Positions 51,371 to 61,033 of a DNA stretch of 64,000 nt are shown here, one piece after another (the first letter of the stretch is position 1; the number at the start of each line of letters is the position of its first letter). The translations under genes and the position numbers were made by a program. The notes beneath the pieces are model-generated. The model was given only the letters and a program-made list of their open reading frames with translations, searched no databases and was not told where the DNA came from. The DNA comes from an uncultured Clostridia bacterium (lineage in GTDB: Bacteria; Bacillota; Clostridia; TANB77; CAG-465). The stretch is taken from NCBI GenBank assembly GCA_947632225.1, contig CANROM010000001.1, forward strand, positions 2,261-66,260, in the 5' to 3' direction.

Positions 51371-53212
51371 ATGTGCGGTATTTGTGGATACATGCAAGAT
51401 GATGAAATAAAAGAAAAAAATACTATTTTAGCCATGAAAGAGAGCATATTAAAAAGAGGCGTATCAGACAACCATGTATACGTATATAACAATGTTGCTC
51501 TAGGGCATGCACGTCTTAGTATAATTGATGTAAAAAACGGTAAACAACCAATGGAAAAAAAGCTTAATAATACTACATATACTATCGTATATAATGGCGA
51601 ATTATATAACACTAATCTTTTAAGAAATATTCTAATTTCTAAGGGCTATACTTTTGAAACTGAATGTGATACAGAAGTTTTACTGCTACTTTATGTTGAG
51701 TTTAAAGAAAAAATGTTGAAATTTATAAACGGAATATTTGCTTTTGCTATATATGATGAAGAAGAAAATTCAATATTTGTAGCTAAAGATAGACTTGGAA
51801 TCAAACCTTTATTCTATACACTTACTAATGATAAGTTTATCTTTTCATCCGAAATTAAAGGTATACTTGCAAGTAAATTTGTTACTCCTACAGTTACAAA
51901 AGATGAGCTTTTAGAACTATTTGCTCTTGGTCCTGCACATAGTCCAGGTAAAACATATTTTAAAGATATATATGAACTAGAAGCAGGACATTACGCTATA
52001 TATAAAGAAGGTATATTATATATTGAAAAATATTGGGACTTAGAAGAAAAGAAATTACTTGACAGCCAAGACGAGATTATTGAAAATGTAAAATACTTAG
52101 TCACTGATGCTACCAAAAGACAACTAGTATCAGATGTTGGTGTATCTTCTATGCTATCTGGTGGACTAGATTCAAGTATTGTTACTAAAATAGCTACAGA
52201 TAATATTCATAATTTACACACTTATTCAATAAATTATGAAAATAATGACGAAGACTTTGTGGCAAATAGCTACCAGCAGACTAAAGACAGTGATTTTGTT
52301 AAAGTTATGGTAAAATATCTTAATACTAAACATACAGATATTATAGTAAACGATTCTTCCCTTTTTAATAATTTATATGAATCAGTAATTGCAAGAGATA
52401 TGCCTGGTATGGCAGATATTGATAGTTCAATGTATGTATTTTGTAAAGAAATAGCAGACAATGGCGAAAAAGTTGTACTCTCTGGTGAATGTTCTGATGA
52501 AATATTTGGTGGGTATCCTTGGTTTTATAAAGAACACCTTAAAAATGCTAAAGGATTTGCTTGGGCTTTATCTGAAAATTTAAGAGAGTCTATGTTAAAG
52601 AAAGGAATATTAAATAACGGAGATATATTAAATTATATATTAAATTCTAAAAAAGAAACTTTACAAGATGTAAAGCATATATCATTAGATAAATTTGAAA
52701 ATGAATATAAGGAGATAAACTACCTAACTGTAAAATATTTTATGAACACTCTTGTCGAAAGAACTGATAGAATGTCAATGAGAAACTCTCTTGAAGTTCG
52801 TGTTCCATATGCAGATCATAGAATATTTGAATATGTATATAATATTGATGCTAAATTTAAACTTGGTCTTACTAATAATAGCGAGCCTATAGAAAAATAC
52901 GTTCTAAAAACCGCCTTTAGAAATGATATTCCATCAGATATAACAGATAGAAAAAAATCTCCATTTCCCAAAACTTATAGCAAAAAATATTTAGAGCTAC
53001 TAGAAGCAAAACTTAAAGAAATCTTAAATAACCCAAGTTCTAGAATACATGAAGTTATTGACACAGATTTTGTTAATGAACTAATTTTATCTCATGGAAA
53101 AGATTTAAAAGAAAATTTATTTGGTCAACTTATGACATATCCTCAAACTCTTGCATTTCTAATTCAAATTGATTATTGGTTAACTGCATATAATATAACC
53201 ATTATATTGTAA
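51371..53212 (+). CDS. asnB: Asparagine synthetase B (glutamine-hydrolysing).
   Basis: N-terminal Cys2 (MCGICG) glutaminase domain and SGGLDSS PP-loop. Confidence 0.93.
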   Translation: MCGICGYMQDDEIKEKNTILAMKESILKRGVSDNHVYVYNNVALGHARLSIIDVKNGKQPMEKKLNNTTYTIVYNGELYNTNLLRNILISKGYTFETECDTEVLLLLYVEFKEKMLKFINGIFAFAIYDEEENSIFVAKDRLGIKPLFYTLTNDKFIFSSEIKGILASKFVTPTVTKDELLELFALGPAHSPGKTYFKDIYELEAGHYAIYKEGILYIEKYWDLEEKKLLDSQDEIIENVKYLVTDATKRQLVSDVGVSSMLSGGLDSSIVTKIATDNIHNLHTYSINYENNDEDFVANSYQQTKDSDFVKVMVKYLNTKHTDIIVNDSSLFNNLYESVIARDMPGMADIDSSMYVFCKEIADNGEKVVLSGECSDEIFGGYPWFYKEHLKNAKGFAWALSENLRESMLKKGILNNGDILNYILNSKKETLQDVKHISLDKFENEYKEINYLTVKYFMNTLVERTDRMSMRNSLEVRVPYADHRIFEYVYNIDAKFKLGLTNNSEPIEKYVLKTAFRNDIPSDITDRKKSPFPKTYSKKYLELLEAKLKEILNNPSSRIHEVIDTDFVNELILSHGKDLKENLFGQLMTYPQTLAFLIQIDYWLTAYNITIIL

Positions 53213-53216
53213 TTTA

Positions 53217-53246
53217 TAGTCACCTAAATTGGTGACTATTTTTATA
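53217..53246 (+). terminator. Terminator after asnB.
   Basis: TAGTCACC-taaatt-GGTGACTA hairpin followed by T5. Confidence 0.6.
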
Positions 53247-53312
53247 TTTTTTTAATGTATTTTTAGTTATAATTATATTTTTTTATCTAATAATATTATC
53301 GAGGTATTTACT

Positions 53313-53990
53313 ATGCAAAGCAATAATTCAAAAAGTAATGATAAAATTGCTATTATAATTGCCACAATAGTTGTAGTTTGCATAATAGCATATATAGTTT
53401 ATTTATTTTTTAGTTCTAATATAACGTTAAATTCTAATATTTTAGATAATAACTCTAGCTCAAATAATTATGATAATGTCCAAGCACAAAAAAATAACAT
53501 ACCAGTAGAAAAAGAAGTTGTATATAAAGAGACAGAAATAGCTTCTTTTACTACAACACTTTATGATAATAGTGAAAACAGAATATATAATATAAATAAG
53601 GCTTGCCAAACATTAGATGGCACTACTATAAAAAAAGGCGAAGAATTTTCTTTTAATAATACAATTGGACCTATGGGAGAAGAAAATGGATATAGACTTG
53701 CAACAGGGTTTGATGCTGATGGAAAGCTCATAGATATACCTGCAGGTGGAATGTGTCAAATAAGCAGTACACTATATAATGCAGCCTTAATTTCAAATTT
53801 AGAGATAACCGAACGACATCCACATAGTAGAAGGGTTTCGTATGTTCCAGTAGATAAAGATGCTACTATATACTATGGGCAATTAGATTTAAAATTTGTA
53901 AATAATAGAAAAAACGACATAAAAATAATGGCACAAACAGACAATTATTCTATAACTATAAAACTATACGAATTAGAGCCGTCAAACTAA
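53313..53990 (+). CDS. VanW-like protein with an N-terminal TM anchor.
   Basis: Conserved VanW core (GEEFSFNNTIGP...GGMCQISSTLYNAA...ERHPHS). GAGG RBS. Confidence 0.8.
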   Translation: MQSNNSKSNDKIAIIIATIVVVCIIAYIVYLFFSSNITLNSNILDNNSSSNNYDNVQAQKNNIPVEKEVVYKETEIASFTTTLYDNSENRIYNINKACQTLDGTTIKKGEEFSFNNTIGPMGEENGYRLATGFDADGKLIDIPAGGMCQISSTLYNAALISNLEITERHPHSRRVSYVPVDKDATIYYGQLDLKFVNNRKNDIKIMAQTDNYSITIKLYELEPSN

Positions 53991-54000
53991 CTTGACGACT

Positions 54001-54318
54001 CTAATTATTTGCATCTATATATACTTTTTCATAAGGCTTTACTAAGCCTAACTTTTCGCGTGCAACAGATTCTATATATTCATCTGTTGTTATATTTTCT
54101 TTCCTACTCTTATAATACTCAATCAAATTTTGCTTTGATTCAATTTCCTTTTCATACATCTCTATTTGAGAATTATATTTGTTTAACTTTAACTGTTGAT
54201 TAAAAAATGTAAATCCAAAGTATACAATAAATAAAATAGTCATAACATGCACTATACTAACGTTTTTCTTCTTTTTCTTTACTTTTCTTTTTTCCTTTGT
54301 TCTTTGATTCACTACCAT
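54001..54318 (-). CDS. divIC: Septum formation initiator family protein (DivIC/FtsB-like).
   Basis: Lys-rich N-terminus, one TM helix, a coiled coil, then the REKLGLVKPYE motif. An alternative start lies at 54243. Confidence 0.7.
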   Translation of the reverse strand: MVVNQRTKEKRKVKKKKKNVSIVHVMTILFIVYFGFTFFNQQLKLNKYNSQIEMYEKEIESKQNLIEYYKSRKENITTDEYIESVAREKLGLVKPYEKVYIDANN

Positions 54319-54808
54319 TTATCCAACCTCTTTTTATTGATTTACATTTATCCTTTGTTAAAACAGTTAAAAGTTTACATTTTAAATTTATCATAATAGA
54401 AAAAAAATTGCAACATATTTTTGCTAATTTTTTTATTATTTTACAAATTATTGTCAAAATAAGTTCCATAGGAACACATAAAAATATTATAATATTTTTT
54501 ACACTATAGAAAAAAATACTATAAATTTTTATTAAATACTTGCTTATTATTTTTCTACTAAGTGCAATACCTACTATCATAGCAAAAAACATATATGCTC
54601 GTATCTGGCTATCAATCATGTTTACCATATATATTACAGTTATTATTGTTACTATGATAAAAAATATAACATCTTGTATCATAACAACATATATAGAATT
54701 TTTCTTTCGTATCTTTCTCAAAGCTCTAAATATATCAAAAATACAAGATATTACAACTCCTAGCATTATAAAAAACAAGAAATCACTTATTTGCTTAGTT
54801 ACTGACAT
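54257..54808 (-). CDS. yabQ: Spore cortex biosynthesis membrane protein YabQ.
   Basis: Multi-TM protein directly downstream of yabP, in the conserved yabP-yabQ-divIC order. The Lys-rich C-terminal tail overlaps divIC by 62 nt in another frame. Confidence 0.65.
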   Translation of the reverse strand: MSVTKQISDFLFFIMLGVVISCIFDIFRALRKIRKKNSIYVVMIQDVIFFIIVTIITVIYMVNMIDSQIRAYMFFAMIVGIALSRKIISKYLIKIYSIFFYSVKNIIIFLCVPMELILTIICKIIKKLAKICCNFFSIMINLKCKLLTVLTKDKCKSIKRGWINGSESKNKGKKKSKEKEEKR

Positions 54809-54817
54809 AAAGTAATA

Positions 54818-55108
54818 TTATTTAAATAACTTGTTCATAATTCCTTGTTTTTTATTTTGTGCTGCATCCGAATAAGCAATTGCACTAGTTCTTCCTTCTA
54901 TTATTAACTCATTATTTTCTAGATTTAATTTATTCATCTTTAAATTTTCACCTTTAATAGTTAAAATTCCTAAATCTGTTTGCACAATTACTAGTTCATC
55001 GTCGAAACTATGTATGTCCTCTACTCCTGTTACAACTGCTTTTTCTCTGTTCTGAATCACAATATTTTGTTCTTTGAAATCTTTATTTTTATCTTCCATG
55101 TTAATCAC
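54818..55108 (-). CDS. yabP: Sporulation protein YabP.
   Basis: 96 aa. NREKAVVTGVEDIHSFDDELVIVQTDLGILTIKGENL matches the YabP family pattern. Confidence 0.75.
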   Translation of the reverse strand: MINMEDKNKDFKEQNIVIQNREKAVVTGVEDIHSFDDELVIVQTDLGILTIKGENLKMNKLNLENNELIIEGRTSAIAYSDAAQNKKQGIMNKLFK

Positions 55109-55169
55109 CTAATACTATATATGCACAATATAAAAAATTATAACAAAAAAGGTGAGTTAAAATACTCAC

Positions 55170-55634
55170 CTAATATAACTTTACATCATCAATACCTAAA
55201 AATTCTTCTACTACTATGTGTTTTATTCTTCCTTTTACCTCATCAGATAGCTGATTATAGCACATATTACTCTCTCCACCAATGCTTTTGCAGTTATCCT
55301 CTATCAAAATATCTGGTAGTTCTTCTTTTATTAAAGTTGCATAGTCTTGATATTTTTGCCTATATGCTACCATTGAGCCTACAAATCCTATATCATCAAG
55401 ATGTTGTGCCATTTTCATTGCTTTTCTACCTTTAAGCGAAGTTATATAAATTATCTCATAGCCTGTTTCTTGCCATTTTTTAATAGTATCTATAGCATTG
55501 GCTATTGGAACATACTTAGTTACACAAATTCTAGATAAGATATTTTTATGCTTTGGCTTCAAAATAGTTCCTTCAGTAAAAATCATAATCTTTTTATTAT
55601 TATTCTTAATTTTGTCAATTATTATAAATCCCAT
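55170..55634 (-). CDS. Hypothetical 154-aa protein.
   Basis: No confident motif. Possibly a degenerate HAD-like fold. A terminator hairpin GGTGAG-n8-CTCACC follows at 55150-55172. Confidence 0.45.
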   Translation of the reverse strand: MGFIIIDKIKNNNKKIMIFTEGTILKPKHKNILSRICVTKYVPIANAIDTIKKWQETGYEIIYITSLKGRKAMKMAQHLDDIGFVGSMVAYRQKYQDYATLIKEELPDILIEDNCKSIGGESNMCYNQLSDEVKGRIKHIVVEEFLGIDDVKLY

Positions 55635-55642
55635 AAAATCAC

Positions 55643-57622
55643 CTATTTCAAATTTTTTAGTTCTTCAATAAAATCTCTTATTGTAGCAGCTTTTTCAAAT
55701 TCATATTTTCTAGCATAGCTCATCATTTCTTCTGTTAATCTTTCAATAGATTCTTCTATAGTTTCACCACGTTTTACATTTACTTCTTTTTCATCTGCTT
55801 CTTCTTGATATGTTGCTTTAACACTGTCTCTAACTTCTTTGACTATTGTATGTGGTACTATATTATGTTCCTCATTATACTTCATTTGTATACTTCTTCT
55901 TCTGTTAGTTTCATGTATAGCATTTTCCATTGACTCAGTTAGCTCATCTGCATACATTATTACCCTACCATTTGCATTTCTTGCTGCTCTTCCTATAGTT
56001 TGTATAAGTGATCTCTCACTTCTTAAAAAGCCCTCTTTATCTGCATCAAGTATAGTAACAAGAGATACTTCTGGAATATCTAGTCCTTCTCTTAACAAGT
56101 TAATTCCAACAAGTACATCAAATTTACCAAGTCTTAAATCTCTTATTATTTCAAGTCTATCAAGTGCTTCAATATCTGAGTGCATGTATCTTACTTTTAT
56201 ATCTTTTTCAGATAAATATGCAGTAAGCTCTTCTGCCATTTTTTTAGTTAGTGTTGTAACAAGTACTCTTTCTCCATTTGCTACTGTATCTCTTATATTT
56301 TGAGTTAAATCTTCTATTTGACCATCAGTAGGCTTTACTATTATCTGAGGATCTAATAGTCCTGTAGGACGTATTATTTGTTCTGCAACAAGACTTGAAT
56401 GTTCTTTTTCATAATCTGCTGGAGTTGCACTACAAAATACAACTTGTTTTACTTTTTTCTCCCATTCATCAAAACGAAGAGGTCTATTATCATAAGCAGA
56501 TGGAAGTCTAAAGCCATTTTCAACAAGTGATTCTTTTCTTGCTCTATCACCATTATACATACCTCTAATTTGTGGTATAGTAACATGTGACTCGTCAATT
56601 ACAACTAAGAAGTCATCACCAAAGTAATCAAAAAGCGTATATGGAGTTGAGCCCTTTCCTCTACCAGATAATATAGCAGAATAGTTTTCTATTCCCTGGC
56701 AAAATCCTGTTTCTTTAAGCATTTCCATATCAAAATTAGTTCTTTGCTCTATTCTGTATGCTTCAACTATTTTATCTCTATCCTTAAAGTACTTAACTCT
56801 TTCTTCCATTTCTTCTTTTATTTTATCTATTGCAGCATCTATTTTTTCTCTTTGTATTACATAGTGAGATTTCGGATATATAAATTCATGCTTAGATGTA
56901 GCTTTTACCTTACCAGTAATTGCCTCTACAAGACATACTCTATCTATCTCATCACCAAAGAACTCTAAACGTATTATTTCCTCATTATTTCCAGCTGGAA
57001 ATACATCTAATACGTCCCCTTTTACTCTAAACTCTCCTCTTTTAAAGTCTATATCTGCTCTTGTATATTGCATTTCAACAAGACGTTCTAGTATTTCATC
57101 TCTATCTACTTTCATTCCTGGTCTTACAGAAAGTACTAAGTTAGTATAGTCTTCAGGTGAACCAAGTGAATAAATTGAAGATACTGATGCAACAATTATT
57201 ACATCTTTTCTTTCAAAAAGTGCTGCTGTTGCACTATGTCTTAGTTTATCTATTTCATCATTTATTTGACTTTCTTTTTCAATATATGTATCAGTAGAGG
57301 CAATATATGCTTCAGGCTGATAATAATCATAGTATGAAATAAAATATTCAACTGCGTTTTCAGGGAAGAACTCCTTGAATTCGCTATAAAGTTGTCCTGC
57401 AAGTGTTTTATTGTGTGTCATAATAATAGTAGGCTTTTGTACTTGCTCAATAACATTTGCTATTGTAAATGTCTTTCCACTACCTGTAACACCAAGTAGA
57501 GTTTCGCCTTTGTTTCCACTTTTTATGCCATCTACAAGTGCTTTTATAGCCTCAGGTTGATCTCCTGTAGGTTTAAATTTTGAATGTAATTTAAACAATT
57601 TTTTTTCCTTTTCTACTTCCAT
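55643..57622 (-). CDS. uvrB: Excinuclease ABC subunit B.
   Basis: Walker A motif GVTGSGKT, helicase motifs, beta-hairpin, and a C-terminal UVR domain. Confidence 0.95.
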   Translation of the reverse strand: MEVEKEKKLFKLHSKFKPTGDQPEAIKALVDGIKSGNKGETLLGVTGSGKTFTIANVIEQVQKPTIIMTHNKTLAGQLYSEFKEFFPENAVEYFISYYDYYQPEAYIASTDTYIEKESQINDEIDKLRHSATAALFERKDVIIVASVSSIYSLGSPEDYTNLVLSVRPGMKVDRDEILERLVEMQYTRADIDFKRGEFRVKGDVLDVFPAGNNEEIIRLEFFGDEIDRVCLVEAITGKVKATSKHEFIYPKSHYVIQREKIDAAIDKIKEEMEERVKYFKDRDKIVEAYRIEQRTNFDMEMLKETGFCQGIENYSAILSGRGKGSTPYTLFDYFGDDFLVVIDESHVTIPQIRGMYNGDRARKESLVENGFRLPSAYDNRPLRFDEWEKKVKQVVFCSATPADYEKEHSSLVAEQIIRPTGLLDPQIIVKPTDGQIEDLTQNIRDTVANGERVLVTTLTKKMAEELTAYLSEKDIKVRYMHSDIEALDRLEIIRDLRLGKFDVLVGINLLREGLDIPEVSLVTILDADKEGFLRSERSLIQTIGRAARNANGRVIMYADELTESMENAIHETNRRRSIQMKYNEEHNIVPHTIVKEVRDSVKATYQEEADEKEVNVKRGETIEESIERLTEEMMSYARKYEFEKAATIRDFIEELKNLK

Positions 57623-57637
57623 TTTTTTCCTTTCTTT

Positions 57638-57760
57638 GTGACCTAATTAAATTTAAAAAAAGACAACAGTCAGCCAACAATTCGTCCCCAAATTCGTCCC
57701 CAAAGGACAAAATTTTACTGGTTAATAGTTAATTTTTTGATGGGGACGAATACAGGTCAC
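57638..57760. repeat. 123-bp repeat-dense element in the uvrB promoter region. It is bounded by the inverted 7-mers GTGACCT and AGGTCAC. It contains a tandem AATTCGTCCCCA pair (57679-57702) and an inverted copy TGGGGACGAAT (57741-57751).
   Basis: Direct reading of the sequence. A further AATTCGTCCCCA lies at 57946-57957, and related copies sit at 63974-63993. Confidence 0.55.
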
Positions 57761-57841
57761 AAATTTGTTTTGCATAACTAAATGATATTAAATGATACAA
57801 AACAACATTTTTTACTATATAATAATATCATTTTTTGCTTG

Positions 57842-57870
57842 AAAAAACAAGGCTTTTAAGAAACCTTGTT
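57842..57870 (-). terminator. Terminator downstream of hsdR.
   Basis: AACAAGG-n11-CCTTGTT hairpin followed by T6 on the minus strand. Confidence 0.5.
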
Positions 57871-57980
57871 TTGTTAAAAATTATCTAATTTTTTATCTAA
57901 ATTGATTTAAGCTATTCAATAATATTTTTTCTATTCTTTATAATAAATTCGTCCCCAGATAAAATTCTATATACTATACT

Positions 57981-60900
57981 TTATTGTTCTAAATTTATAT
58001 TTAATCCAAAATACTTTTCAAAGAATTTCAATACTTTATTAACTATTGTCTGCTTTTTCTCTGCTCTATTACCTCCTCCAAATCTTCTCATTGGTGGAAG
58101 TATTTTTTCTATATCAGTTCCGTTTGTTTTAACTTGTCCATCTCTAAAAGAATTATTTATGAATTTTCTTGTTTCTTCTTCATTTAAATTTTCTTCTTCA
58201 ATTAAGTTTTTCAAATCCATTTCTTCTTGATTTTTTACAAATTTTTGCCAATCATCATTAACATTTGTATCAGCATTTATTCTTTCAATAAATCCATTTA
58301 TTAAATCTTTCTTTGAACGAAGTGCTAAACTTGATCTTATTGCTTTATCTATAGTTCCAAGTATTTCTTTATCTTTACAGTTAGATTGATGATATTTTGA
58401 AACTAACATCAAAATATAATCAATATTTACTTCTACTTGTTTTACAAGTTCCATTTCAAATACTATATCATCTTTAATGCTTTCCTTTTCTGCATCTCCC
58501 TGTGCTTTATATTTTTGATATAAATCAACATATATTCCAGTATAGTCCTGAAAATCTCTTTCTGAAAGTATTTCATTTCCCTCAAATTTATCAAAAGATG
58601 ATAATATATTTCTTAATCTTAAAATATTTCCTAAAGATACAATAAAATCTTTTTCTGCTTTTTCACCTATTATTTGCTCTCCTAATGGATATTTTTGAAT
58701 TAACAATGCAATTCTTTCTTCATATCCAAGTTGTCTTTTTCCATTATTATCTTCATATCCGTAATAATAATCTTCATAAGATTTAAGTAATACTATTCCA
58801 TTTGCATTTTTATCTCCAAATAAAGCTATTGCGTCATTTGTTTCTTCTTCCAAATTTCTAAAACATACAATATTACCATAAGTTTTAACAGAATTTAATA
58901 TTCTATTTGTTCTTGAAAAGGCTTGTATCAATCCATGTTGCTTTAAATTTTTATCTACCCATAATGTATTAAGAGTAGTTGCATCAAAACCAGTTAAAAA
59001 CATATTTACAACTATAAGAATATCTATTTCTCTATGCTTTACTCTATCTGATAAATCTTTATAATAGTCTTGAAATCCATTTCCCTCTGAAGAAAAATTA
59101 GTCTTAAACTTTTTATTATATTCATTTATAGCATAATCTAGAAATTCTCTTGAGCTTTGATCTAATAATTCTGTTTCAAATCCTTCATCATCTAATATAC
59201 CATCTGCTGTATCTTCTTCATTTGCTGCAAAACTATATATTGTAGCAATAGTTAAATCCTTATTATTTTCTTCAAGTTGTTTCTTAAATTCTAAATAATA
59301 TTTTTTTGCCATTGGAATTGAAGCTACTGCAAACATAGAGTTAAATCCATTTAATCTTTGTCCTTTTAAATCGTAAAAAGAATTTCTTTTTGTTTTTTGT
59401 TCAAAATGTTCTAAAATATATGACACAACATTTGAAACTCTTTCAGATGAAGCCAATGCTTCCTCAGTATTTATAGCTTGTACTTCTTTGTCTGTCATTC
59501 CCTCTTTAGCTTTTACTGTGTTTATATAATCTATTCTAAATGGTAAAACATTTCCATCATTGATAGCATCTACTATTGTATATGTATGTAACTTTTCTCC
59601 AAAGGCTTGTTCTGTAGTGCAAAAATCTGGATTTGTCTTTTTACCTGCATTTTTTGCAAATATAGGTGTTCCAGTAAATCCAAAAAGATGATAATTTTTG
59701 AAATTTTGAACTATTAGTTTATGCATATCTCCAAATTGTGATCTATGACATTCATCAAAAATTAAAACTAAATGCTTTTGAAAAGCAGGATGATTTTTAT
59801 TTCTTTTTACAAATTCACTTAATTTTTGTATTGTAGTAACTATAATTTTTGTTGTATCATCTTCCAACTGCTTTTGAAGAATTTTTGTACTTCTATTTCC
59901 ATTAGCTGCACCTTTTTCAAACTTATCATATTCTTTCATAGTTTGATAGTCTAAGTCTTTTCTATCTACAACAAATAATACTTTATCAATAAAATCTAAA
60001 TTACTTGCAATTTGTGCTGTTTTAAAGGAAGTTAAAGTTTTTCCTGAACCTGTTGTATGCCAAATATAGCCACCTGCTTCAACTGTTCCCATCTTTTTAT
60101 AGTTATTTGCCACTTCAATTCTATTTATAATTCTCTCTGTTGCAACTATTTGATATGGTCGCATAACTAAAAGTAATTCTTCAGATGTAAATATACAATA
60201 TTTTGTTAAAATATTTAATATTGTATGTTTAGCGAAAAATTTTCTTGTAAAATCTACTAAATCTGTAATTACTTTATTATTTCCGTCTGCCCAATAAGAA
60301 GTAAATTCAAAACTATTACTTGTTTTTTTACTTTTATTTCTTGAACCACTTTGCTCTTTAATATGACTTTCTCTTGTTGTATTAGAATAATATTTTGTAT
60401 TTGTACCATTTGAAATTACAAAAATTTGTACATATTCATATAGTCCACTACCTGCCCAAAAACTATCTCTTTGATATCTATTTATTTGATTAAATGCCTC
60501 TTTAAGTGCAACGCCTCTCCTTTTTAATTCTACATGAACTAATGGAAGTCCATTAACTAAAATTGTAACATCATATCTATTGTCATAATTGCCATCATTT
60601 TCTACATACTGATTTATTACTTGTAATCTGTTATTATGAATATTTTTCTTATCAATTAAAAATATGTTTTTGTTTGTACCATCGTCTCTTTTTAATACTT
60701 GTATATAATCTTCCTGTATTTTTCTTGTTTTTTCTACAATACCATCATTACTATTTGATATACTGTTATTATAAAAGAAATTCCATTCGTTATCTGTAAA
60801 CTTGTAATCATTAAGCATTTCTAGTTGTTTACGAAGGTTATTAACTAATGTATCAGTATCATGTATTTCTAAATATTCATAACCCTGTTCTTCAAGCATT

Positions 60901-61022
60901 CTTATAAATTCTTTTTCCAATGCTTGTTCACTTTGGTAACTGTCTGATTTTCTTTGCACTGACTCATATTCTGCTACAACAGTAGAATTACTTGTTTCCA
61001 TTACTACATTATATTTACTCAT
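57981..61022 (-). CDS. hsdR: Type I restriction enzyme R subunit (HsdR).
   Basis: 1013 aa. N-terminal PD-(D/E)xK nuclease region and an SF2 helicase (DEAD-like) motor (TGSGKT, DECH) of Type I HsdR. Confidence 0.92.
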   Translation of the reverse strand: MSKYNVVMETSNSTVVAEYESVQRKSDSYQSEQALEKEFIRMLEEQGYEYLEIHDTDTLVNNLRKQLEMLNDYKFTDNEWNFFYNNSISNSNDGIVEKTRKIQEDYIQVLKRDDGTNKNIFLIDKKNIHNNRLQVINQYVENDGNYDNRYDVTILVNGLPLVHVELKRRGVALKEAFNQINRYQRDSFWAGSGLYEYVQIFVISNGTNTKYYSNTTRESHIKEQSGSRNKSKKTSNSFEFTSYWADGNNKVITDLVDFTRKFFAKHTILNILTKYCIFTSEELLLVMRPYQIVATERIINRIEVANNYKKMGTVEAGGYIWHTTGSGKTLTSFKTAQIASNLDFIDKVLFVVDRKDLDYQTMKEYDKFEKGAANGNRSTKILQKQLEDDTTKIIVTTIQKLSEFVKRNKNHPAFQKHLVLIFDECHRSQFGDMHKLIVQNFKNYHLFGFTGTPIFAKNAGKKTNPDFCTTEQAFGEKLHTYTIVDAINDGNVLPFRIDYINTVKAKEGMTDKEVQAINTEEALASSERVSNVVSYILEHFEQKTKRNSFYDLKGQRLNGFNSMFAVASIPMAKKYYLEFKKQLEENNKDLTIATIYSFAANEEDTADGILDDEGFETELLDQSSREFLDYAINEYNKKFKTNFSSEGNGFQDYYKDLSDRVKHREIDILIVVNMFLTGFDATTLNTLWVDKNLKQHGLIQAFSRTNRILNSVKTYGNIVCFRNLEEETNDAIALFGDKNANGIVLLKSYEDYYYGYEDNNGKRQLGYEERIALLIQKYPLGEQIIGEKAEKDFIVSLGNILRLRNILSSFDKFEGNEILSERDFQDYTGIYVDLYQKYKAQGDAEKESIKDDIVFEMELVKQVEVNIDYILMLVSKYHQSNCKDKEILGTIDKAIRSSLALRSKKDLINGFIERINADTNVNDDWQKFVKNQEEMDLKNLIEEENLNEEETRKFINNSFRDGQVKTNGTDIEKILPPMRRFGGGNRAEKKQTIVNKVLKFFEKYFGLNINLEQ

Positions 61023-61033
61023 TATTTTACTCC

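Noticed and set aside
54257-54320. The Lys-rich C-terminal tail of YabQ (KGKKKSKEKEEKR) as a functional domain.
   Set aside because: More likely read-through into the divIC N-terminal coding region in another frame. It is reported only as an overlap curiosity.
57623-57700. Searched for a Cheo-type LexA operator upstream of uvrB.
   Set aside because: No GAAC-N4-GTTC match is present, whereas lexA at 34658-34671 has one. The space is instead occupied by the AATTCGTCCCCA repeats, which are reported as a finding.
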